A DNA stretch of 10,801 nt from a virus (Duplodnaviria > Heunggongvirae > Uroviricota > Caudoviricetes). The notes below the pieces were generated by a model. It saw only the letters and a list, made by a program, of their open reading frames with translations. It was not told where the DNA came from and ran no database searches. The DNA is taken from IMG/VR virus record IMGVR_UViG_3300048793_000046; one strand, 5' to 3'. A program made the translations under genes and the position numbers. Below, piece by piece: positions 1 to 6,312 of this stretch (position 1 is the first letter of the stretch; each line of letters opens with the position of its first letter).

Positions 1-246
1 GCTCAGCCGTTCATCATGCTGATGGAAGGCAATGATGGCGCTGACGGTGCCGACAGTTTCGTGCCGGGTCCGCCGGGCGCGAGCATAACCGGACCGCCGG
101 GATCGAACGCCGCTACTCTTCTCATGATCATGGAAGGCAACGACGGCGCGGATGGTGCAGACAGTTTCGTACCGGGACCGCCGGGACCGCCGGGCTCAGG
201 CGGCGGCGGAGGATTGTATTTCGCGCTTGTGACTGGAGATCGGTAA
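1..246 (+). CDS. C-terminal part of a collagen-like repeat fibre protein (5' end outside the window)
   Basis: Frame 1 is open from base 1 (AQPFIMLMEGNDG...) to TAA at 244-246, so the ATG at 16 is internal to a repeat. Two repeat units 108 nt apart (10 and 118), then GPPGPPGSGGGGG and the tail LYFALVTGDR. Confidence 0.85.
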   Translation, partial: AQPFIMLMEGNDGADGADSFVPGPPGASITGPPGSNAATLLMIMEGNDGADGADSFVPGPPGPPGSGGGGGLYFALVTGDR

Positions 247-247
247 C

Positions 248-1249
248 ATGATTTTAGACACAACCGCTAAAATGATCAACATTGTTTTCGATGAAGCGCA
301 CGCAACAACCCCGTGCGATGTGACAGCGGCCTATGCTGATATCACTTCGACAACCTATATCGATGGCGGAAGCCGGACCACTACCACTGGCACACTTCCG
401 GTCACCGTAGTCGCCCCTCCAGCGGCGAGTACGTCGCGTCGTGTGAAACAGATTTCGCTTTTCAATAACGATACGATCCCGCATACGGTGACTGTCACCT
501 TGGTCGATGGTGCGGCTACTCTCGTGATTTGGAAAGGGCCGCTGGCAGTCGGTCAACTCTTGCTCTACAGCGCGGAAACTTGGAACGCGGGATTGATAGG
601 TGGCGTTGGCGCGACTGGTAACCTTGGTGGACAAGGGGTGCAAGGTCGCCCCGGCGATGATGGGGCTGATGCTATCAATGATGACAACAGGCCACCGCCG
701 CCGCAACCAACACCGCACAGTGCTGTTCTGCCGGGCGAGCAGTATTGCGCTCTGTCTGCCAACTTCACTATGACGAGTTCGGCTGCTGCTCAGAAAGCCC
801 TCAACGCGACGGCTAACGGCGCGGTCACGCTTGCAGGTAACACGACCTATGAGTTTGAAGCGGAGTACTTCATCACGGTCGCGACCGGAAACGTTTCCGC
901 TACTTTCGGTGTGCTGTTTGGCGGTACGGCATCGATCACGTCGACGATCATGCATGGGTTCGGATCAGCTAACCCTACTAGCGCGGCGGCCCTGACTGGC
1001 GTGTGGGCGGAGGGATATTCGACGACGATCACGTCGGTTCTAGTGCTTACGCCTTTAATTGGGACGGTTGGTTCTTTTATCAAACTGCGCGTCCGTGGGC
1101 GTATCCGTGTCAATGCGGGCGGCACGTTTATTCCGCAGATTTTGACATCGTTGGCCACTACCATAACTCCTGTCATGCTGGCAAATTCGTTCTTCGATAT
1201 TTGGCCTGTTGGTCTTGGCACAGTGACGAATGTTGGCAACTGGAGCTAA
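248..1249 (+). CDS. Putative virion fibre protein: N-terminal beta-rich domain, short collagen linker, C-terminal jelly-roll-like domain (333 aa)
   Basis: GGAG at 235-238 precedes the ATG, 1 nt after the upstream stop. Gly-X-Y stretch GGVGATGNLGGQGVQGRPGDDGAD followed by PPPPQP. Thr/Val/Ala-rich beta composition at both ends. The fold assignment is inference. Confidence 0.75.
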   Translation: MILDTTAKMINIVFDEAHATTPCDVTAAYADITSTTYIDGGSRTTTTGTLPVTVVAPPAASTSRRVKQISLFNNDTIPHTVTVTLVDGAATLVIWKGPLAVGQLLLYSAETWNAGLIGGVGATGNLGGQGVQGRPGDDGADAINDDNRPPPPQPTPHSAVLPGEQYCALSANFTMTSSAAAQKALNATANGAVTLAGNTTYEFEAEYFITVATGNVSATFGVLFGGTASITSTIMHGFGSANPTSAAALTGVWAEGYSTTITSVLVLTPLIGTVGSFIKLRVRGRIRVNAGGTFIPQILTSLATTITPVMLANSFFDIWPVGLGTVTNVGNWS

Positions 1250-1255
1250 AAGTAA

Positions 1256-3619
1256 ATGTCTATTCCTCGGGGCACTCCGGTCGTCGCAATAACGATCCCT
1301 GTTCCGGTCACGGTCGTTCCGACCGAGCCCGGGGCAGTGCCAGTTGTGACCGATGTTCCTGTAGCCCTCGTGAGTGTCGGCACGGGGCCTGCTGGGCGTG
1401 ATGGTTTTGTTGGGCGAGATGGTGTCGGTATTCCCGGTCAAGACGGACGTGATGGCGAAGACGCGCAAATCATTCCGGGGCCACCGGGCAGGGACGGCGG
1501 CGTCGCTATTAAAATTGTCGCTCTCACGACTGGCGCATCTCCGGTCGTTGTTACGCCTGATCCTGCTTCTCCAGCGTTGACGCTTTATGAGATCACGACT
1601 GGGGGCACCGCAGGCCGCGAGGACGTTCAACTTCTGTACTACCCAGTGGATGGAGACATTTCCGGTTCGGTAGGCGCTCGCGCGCAGATCGACAAGAAAG
1701 TCGTATTCGTTCTCAAGGGGCAGACCAATGGCGCGGACGTGGTTCATGTCACGCTTTATCCATCACTCGCCGCCATCGCGGCGGTGTCTCCTGTTCGACA
1801 AGAGTTTTACGACGCAGTCGGCAACTCAATTGGCCACTACGATCCTGTAGTCGGAGCTACGCTGAATTTCCAGAGCGCTGCTACTGCCTACGTTTGGAAT
1901 TATGATAGTTGGTCGGTTCGCGAAGACCTTGATGACGGAGAGGATGCCTTCCTTTCTTTCACTGGCACTCCGATCATGCGTGCGACAGGCGACATCACCG
2001 TATGGTCAATAACGGGCAGCATCACTCTGAATGCTGCCACGGGTCTCTACTCTCTTCTCAACCTACCGACTGTTGATCCCGGCGGCGGGGCACTCTGGAG
2101 CCACGATGGAGCGATAACAGTAGGTCCCGTTATCAGCGGCGGCAGTGCGATTGGCATTCCGGGCAGCGACGGACGCGACGGTGAAGACGCACCGATCATT
2201 CCGGGTCCGCCGGGCATAGGCATTCAGGGCGCACCGGGTATTGATGGCCGAAGCATTCCCGGCCAAGATGGCGCGGACGGCGAAGACGCGCCGATCATTC
2301 CCGGACCGCCGGGCGTAGGCACTCCGGGAGCACCGGGATCGAACGCCGCTTCATTCATCATGCTGATGGAAGGTAACGACGGTGCTGACGGTGCCGATAG
2401 TTTTGTGCCGGGTCCGGCTAGTGTTGTACCGGGTCCCCCGGGCGCGAACGCGCAGCCCTTCATTCTGAGGATGGACGGCAATGATGGCGCGGATGGCGAC
2501 GACAGTCATGTGCCGGGTCCGCAGGGCGCTAGCATAACCGGCCCGCCGGGATCGAATGCCGCCTCATTCATCATGCTGATGGAAGGCAATGATGGCGCTG
2601 ACGGTGCCGATAGTTTTGTGCCGGGTCCGCAGGGCTTGAGCATAATCGGGCCGCAGGGATTAAACGCGGCTTCTTTCATCATGCTGATGGAAGGCAACGA
2701 CGGCGCTGACGGTGCCGACAGTTTTGTGCCGGGTCCGCAGGGCTTGAGCATTCAGGGGCCGCCGGGATCGAACGCCTCTTCATTTATCATGCTGATGGAA
2801 GGCAACGACGGCGCTGATGCAGATACTATGCCGGGTCCACAGGGGACGCGCGGCTCCCAATGGTTTGCTGGCGTCGGCGCTCCATCGGCTCAGCCGGGGC
2901 AGATGCCCAACGATCTCTATCTCAACACCACGAATGGAGTAGTTTCTCAACTGCAAAGCGACGGAACGACGTGGCAGATTACTGGGACGATTAAGGGCTC
3001 GCAAGGTGCGGACGCTCAGCCGTTTATCATGCTGCTGGACGGCAACGACGGCGCGGATGGCGACACTATCATTGTGCCCGGTCCGCCGGGTATTCCCGGA
3101 TCGAACGCTTCTTCTTTCATTATGCTGATGGAGGGCAACGACGGCACAGACGGCGATGTGCTTCCCGGAGCCCCCGGTCAGCCGGGCGCGAACGGCACAA
3201 ACGGCACAAACGGCACAAACGGCACAAACGGCACTGTCATAGCTGGCACAGCGACAAGCGCCAGCGTTGCGAGCGGCGTCTCGCTTGCGACTGGCACAGC
3301 AAAAAGTATCACGTCGGTCACGCCGGTCGCGGGCACTTATCTAGTCTATGGAGCTATTGATTTTACGTGCTCTGCCATAACCTCTGCGTCGGTTACCCAA
3401 GCAGGCTGTAGTACGACAGCTAATACACTTGGCGGCGTAGGAACAGTAAACGGCCAATTTCTGAATGTCGCCGGAGCATCGCCCGCGCTTCGTATATCCG
3501 CGCCTCCGCAACGACTGGTCCTTAACGGAGCGACTGCCGTGCAGTTGGTGGGTCTCTGTACGTTCTCCGCCGGGTCGGTTTCTTGCGGCGGTCGGCTCGA
3601 ATGTACCCCTTGTATCTAA
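1256..3619 (+). CDS. Collagen-like repeat fibre protein (787 aa) with a Cys-containing C-terminal beta domain
   Basis: Long ORF with many interrupted Gly-X-Y segments and seven FIMLMEGNDG-type units. It also has a GSQWFAGVGAPS...DLYLNTTNG...W...GTIKG insert of a kind I recognise from phage collagen-like proteins, an (NGT)5 run, and a roughly 125-aa C-terminal domain (AGTYLVYG) resembling BclA-C/C1q-type trimerisation heads (inference). Confidence 0.85.
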   Translation: MSIPRGTPVVAITIPVPVTVVPTEPGAVPVVTDVPVALVSVGTGPAGRDGFVGRDGVGIPGQDGRDGEDAQIIPGPPGRDGGVAIKIVALTTGASPVVVTPDPASPALTLYEITTGGTAGREDVQLLYYPVDGDISGSVGARAQIDKKVVFVLKGQTNGADVVHVTLYPSLAAIAAVSPVRQEFYDAVGNSIGHYDPVVGATLNFQSAATAYVWNYDSWSVREDLDDGEDAFLSFTGTPIMRATGDITVWSITGSITLNAATGLYSLLNLPTVDPGGGALWSHDGAITVGPVISGGSAIGIPGSDGRDGEDAPIIPGPPGIGIQGAPGIDGRSIPGQDGADGEDAPIIPGPPGVGTPGAPGSNAASFIMLMEGNDGADGADSFVPGPASVVPGPPGANAQPFILRMDGNDGADGDDSHVPGPQGASITGPPGSNAASFIMLMEGNDGADGADSFVPGPQGLSIIGPQGLNAASFIMLMEGNDGADGADSFVPGPQGLSIQGPPGSNASSFIMLMEGNDGADADTMPGPQGTRGSQWFAGVGAPSAQPGQMPNDLYLNTTNGVVSQLQSDGTTWQITGTIKGSQGADAQPFIMLLDGNDGADGDTIIVPGPPGIPGSNASSFIMLMEGNDGTDGDVLPGAPGQPGANGTNGTNGTNGTNGTVIAGTATSASVASGVSLATGTAKSITSVTPVAGTYLVYGAIDFTCSAITSASVTQAGCSTTANTLGGVGTVNGQFLNVAGASPALRISAPPQRLVLNGATAVQLVGLCTFSAGSVSCGGRLECTPCI
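2342..3160 (+). repeat. Coding repeat of about 108 nt / 36 aa, seven copies (Phe codons at 2354, 2459, 2567, 2675, 2783, 3023, 3116)
   Basis: Read directly. Spacings are 105, 108, 108, 108, 240 and 93 nt, all in frame. Two more copies lie at 10 and 118 in the upstream gene. Confidence 0.95.
3191..3235 (+). repeat. 9-bp tandem repeat (AACGGCACA)x4 plus AACGGCACT, encoding (NGT)5
   Basis: Read directly; four perfect units plus one differing only at the last base. Confidence 0.97.
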
Positions 3620-3621
3620 GC

Positions 3622-3661
3622 GTAGTTGCTAGTTGTAGCGGCCAGCCGTAGCTGGTAAATT
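3622..3661 (+). promoter_or_regulatory. Repeated 15-bp motif GTAGTTGCTAGTTGT, copy 1, overlapping a putative sigma70-like promoter (TTGTAG-N17-TAAATT)
   Basis: Exact second copy at 5379-5393. The -35-like element is at 3633-3638 and the -10-like element at 3656-3661. RBS AGGAG at 3676-3680 precedes the ATG at 3689. Confidence 0.55.
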
Positions 3662-3688
3662 CCACCCCGAAACATAGGAGACTGCCCC

Positions 3689-4024
3689 ATGGCGAACCCA
3701 TCCACAAAACGCACCTTCGGCCCCGTCCCGTTCGCGGTTTCGGCAGCCAATATCTACAACAACGCTTCGGCGTTGATCTACGACATCATCAAGCACATTC
3801 ACGTCGTCAATACCACGGCTGGTGCGCTGATCTTTACGTTGTTCGTATCGCAGACGACCGGCACCGAAACGGCGGGCAAGGAATTGTTCGTCGGTCAGTC
3901 GGTCGCGGCGAACAACGTCTACGACTGGTACGGCAACTTGAAGCTGGTCTCGACCGACTTCCTCGTCGGCCATGCGCCAATCACGATGACCATCATGGGC
4001 GAAGGCGAACAGTACGTCGTCTAA
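3689..4024 (+). CDS. Small beta-rich hypothetical virion protein (111 aa)
   Basis: Strong RBS, GC3-rich codons and a position within the structural operon. The IIKHIHVVNT motif resembles the N-terminal domain of 248..1249. Confidence 0.8.
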   Translation: MANPSTKRTFGPVPFAVSAANIYNNASALIYDIIKHIHVVNTTAGALIFTLFVSQTTGTETAGKELFVGQSVAANNVYDWYGNLKLVSTDFLVGHAPITMTIMGEGEQYVV

Positions 4025-4033
4025 GGTTTCCTC

Positions 4034-4073
4034 CGGGACGCGCGTGGCCCGGCCTCGCGCGTCTCGTTATTTT
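4034..4073 (+). terminator. Intrinsic terminator-like hairpin
   Basis: 11-bp stem CGGGACGCGCG (4034-4044) / CGCGCGTCTCG (4056-4066) with one G-U pair, followed by TTATTTT (4067-4073). Confidence 0.7.
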
Positions 4074-4084
4074 GGGAGGTTATC

Positions 4085-4456
4085 TTGGCCGCGATTGTCA
4101 CCTTCTCCATTAAGAACAATGTCTGGTTCTTGAACGCATTCCGTTTCGGAGTGCTGGGCGATACGTCGTGGTCCTTCACCGGCAAACACTTCCTCTGCGA
4201 CTTCAAGAGCGACCCGTCTCAAGCCAAGCCGGACCTGTCAACTTCTTCGACAAGTCCGAGCCCGGCGACGATCCTCGTTCTGGACCCTGTCGTGCGTGTG
4301 CTCCAGTTCAATGTTACCGATCTCGTGGTCCGCAACAAGCTCCAGCCCGGTCCCTATCAGTATGACCTGATCATGGTCGATGCCGTTACTGGAGAACGCG
4401 ATACGCTCATGGGCGGGGTCATGACCGTGGAGCAGGGCGTCACTCTTGAGGATTAA
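4085..4456 (+). CDS. Small beta-sandwich protein resembling BppU-N/LtfC-type fibre-anchoring domains (123 aa)
   Basis: GGGAGG at 4074-4079 precedes a TTG start. The C-terminal pattern GPYQYDLIMVD...G....LMGGVMTVEQGVT matches, from recall, the YxYDL...G...V...VT signature of these domains. Confidence 0.65.
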   Translation: MAAIVTFSIKNNVWFLNAFRFGVLGDTSWSFTGKHFLCDFKSDPSQAKPDLSTSSTSPSPATILVLDPVVRVLQFNVTDLVVRNKLQPGPYQYDLIMVDAVTGERDTLMGGVMTVEQGVTLED

Positions 4457-4459
4457 ACC

Positions 4460-5374
4460 ATGGCCGTAGTCTTCGCAGTTCAAGATGAGACCGGCACAGT
4501 CACGCAACTGACAATTTTGCAGTCTCCCCTTCCGGCCAGCCCCATTGCGGTCGGCGATACCGGCATCTATGCCGGGCTCCCGGATGACGGCACATCGTTG
4601 ACGCAAGCGCCAACGTTCCAGTCCCTTCCGTTCACTGTCATACAAGTCGCGGCCAATGGCTATCAGTTCGCGGTTTCCACCACGAACGCGAACATGGCTG
4701 ACTGGCCCGCGTTCGGAACGATCACGTGGCAGACAGGCGCGAACTTGCTGACGACTTCGATTGTCACCAATATCGACGGCGCGAATGCATACATCGATCC
4801 AACCTTCCTGAAAACCTATCATGCGAGCCGTGGCAATATCATCCCTGCCAGCGCAACGACGTTGGTCATGCAGGCCGCCATCGTGAAGGGGACTGACTAT
4901 CTCGATCAGAGATACCGCTATAGCGGCGTGAAGCGGTTGCAGGCCGTTGGCGTATCGATCATGGATGCGAACGCGACGTTCCTAGAAGCGTGGCTCTCGC
5001 CTTATGCGCTCAGCGGCGTTTCATATCTCACCCCGAGCACTTCGAAGCAGAGCACGGAATGGCCGCGACAGGGCGTCACCGATTTCAACGGCGACACGGT
5101 CAACGGCATTCCGAAAGCAATCAAGGCCGCCTGCGCGGAGCTTGCCATCCGGGTCCTCAACGGCACCAATCTCCAGCCCGATTACGATCCCAGCCTCGTC
5201 GGCGCGGGCGGCGTTGTCACGTCTGTCACCAAGAAAGTCGGGCCGCTGGAGAAGAGCATCACCTACGATGCCAAGTTTGGGCTTGGCTTTTTCGCGTCGT
5301 TTCCAATCGTGGATCGGATGCTTTCAAAGGCCGGGTTGCTTAGCTCTGGCGGGGGTCGAACGGTCATCCGTTGA
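4460..5374 (+). CDS. Head-tail adaptor (DnaT-like/DnaT_2-type phage adaptor) with insertions (304 aa)
   Basis: Motifs ANAYI...Y...RG, AAIVKGTDYLD, QSTEWPR, IPKAIKAACAELA and KKVGPLEKSITY, recognised from this adaptor family. It lies directly before a closure-like gene. Confidence 0.8.
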   Translation: MAVVFAVQDETGTVTQLTILQSPLPASPIAVGDTGIYAGLPDDGTSLTQAPTFQSLPFTVIQVAANGYQFAVSTTNANMADWPAFGTITWQTGANLLTTSIVTNIDGANAYIDPTFLKTYHASRGNIIPASATTLVMQAAIVKGTDYLDQRYRYSGVKRLQAVGVSIMDANATFLEAWLSPYALSGVSYLTPSTSKQSTEWPRQGVTDFNGDTVNGIPKAIKAACAELAIRVLNGTNLQPDYDPSLVGAGGVVTSVTKKVGPLEKSITYDAKFGLGFFASFPIVDRMLSKAGLLSSGGGRTVIR

Positions 5375-5378
5375 CGCA

Positions 5379-5418
5379 GTAGTTGCTAGTTGTTCGGGAC
5401 CATAGGATCACATAGAAT
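5379..5418 (+). promoter_or_regulatory. Repeated 15-bp motif copy 2 with TTGTTC-N17-TAGAAT geometry
   Basis: Exact match to 3622-3636. The -10-like TAGAAT at 5413-5418 is at the same offset as in copy 1, but it overlaps the ATG at 5417. Confidence 0.45.
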
Positions 5419-5797
5419 GACCGCGAAATTTGACTATGTTCAGACGCAAGCCGACGCTGAGGAACTTCTCCAAGAGTTCGGAATGGCTGCGGTGTTTCGT
5501 CGCTCTGGGATAGTTGATCGACCGTGTACGGTCGCGATAATCGAGTACGACCCGCGCGAGAAGCCTTCTGACCTTGCTAATCCTACCGACCGCAGGGTCA
5601 TTATGTCTCCGCTCGATCCGACTACGGGACTGCCGTTGGCAATCCCGCCCGATAACGAGCTTGATCAATTGGTGACGTTCGTACAGCCCCCAACGAACTC
5701 GCCAGTTGTGAATGAGGTTCTACCGCTGACGTGCAAGCCTAAACGGACAGCGCCCGCCGGGGTAACAGTGCTCTGGGAATTTACGGTGCGTCAATGA
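5417..5797 (+). CDS. Head closure / head-tail joining protein (126 aa)
   Basis: The ATG at 5417 with AGGA at 5404-5407 is preferred over the track's 5390 start. N-terminal FDY...A.ELL.EFG...FRR and C-terminal PAGVTVLWEFTVR resemble head-closure proteins; position after the adaptor fits. Confidence 0.7.
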   Translation: MTAKFDYVQTQADAEELLQEFGMAAVFRRSGIVDRPCTVAIIEYDPREKPSDLANPTDRRVIMSPLDPTTGLPLAIPPDNELDQLVTFVQPPTNSPVVNEVLPLTCKPKRTAPAGVTVLWEFTVRQ

Positions 5798-6300
5798 CGG
5801 CAAACGCGGACAGACGGCAACTGATTTTGTCAAGGCTGATGACGATCTTGTCGGGCTTGACAATTACGCTAACAGACGGGTCTGTCATCCCAGCGGGCAA
5901 CATCGTGCACAACCGCGATGAGCTTCCTGCGGAGATGGTCCCGGGCATCGTCCTCTTGGATGCCGATGAAGTCAAGGATCAGCGCTTCCCGCAAATGCAG
6001 GGGCGAAGTGAACGGTCCGGACCCGGCATGATGAAGATGACGCCAGAGATTTATGTCGTGCTTGACGTTCGCAAACCGAAGAACGTGAACGTCGGCGAAG
6101 ACTTGAATTTAGCGCGTGCAGCGATCATGGATTTGGTCCTGCACGATGTAGCCCTCGGAAAGATTACGGGCGCGGGCGGCTCGATAGTTTTAGACGGTTG
6201 CTATACCGACTTGGCGCGCAACCGGACAATGAAGGGACAGATGGGCCTGAGCGTCACGTTCGGATACCCGTTCATCCCAGATGAAATTGCGGCTGCATAA
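5794..6300 (+). CDS. Tail terminator / tail completion protein (lambda gpU-like, 168 aa)
   Basis: ATGA overlap with the upstream stop. Pattern RRQLILSRL...HNRD.LP...PGIVLLDADE. Lies immediately upstream of the tube gene. Confidence 0.65.
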   Translation: MTANADRRQLILSRLMTILSGLTITLTDGSVIPAGNIVHNRDELPAEMVPGIVLLDADEVKDQRFPQMQGRSERSGPGMMKMTPEIYVVLDVRKPKNVNVGEDLNLARAAIMDLVLHDVALGKITGAGGSIVLDGCYTDLARNRTMKGQMGLSVTFGYPFIPDEIAAA

Positions 6301-6312
6301 CGGAGAGCGCAC

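Noticed and set aside
2370-2400. EF-hand-like DxDxDG calcium loop in NDGADGAD
   Set aside because: The acidic residues have 3-residue collagen periodicity (G-x-D), not the 1-3-5 spacing of Dx[DN]xDG loops.
2342-3160. CRISPR-like array (regular spacing of about 108 nt)
   Set aside because: The repeats are in-frame protein-coding units with synonymous variation, the intervening sequences are similar to each other rather than unique, and there are no cas genes.
1-3160. Diversity-generating retroelement TR/VR pair
   Set aside because: Differences between copies are mostly third-position changes and are not adenine-specific; there is no reverse transcriptase in the window.
3191-3235. N-glycosylation sequons (N-G-T x5)
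   Set aside because: Bacterial PglB-type glycosylation needs D/E at -2 and periplasmic exposure; the run is explained as collagen G-T-N triplets.
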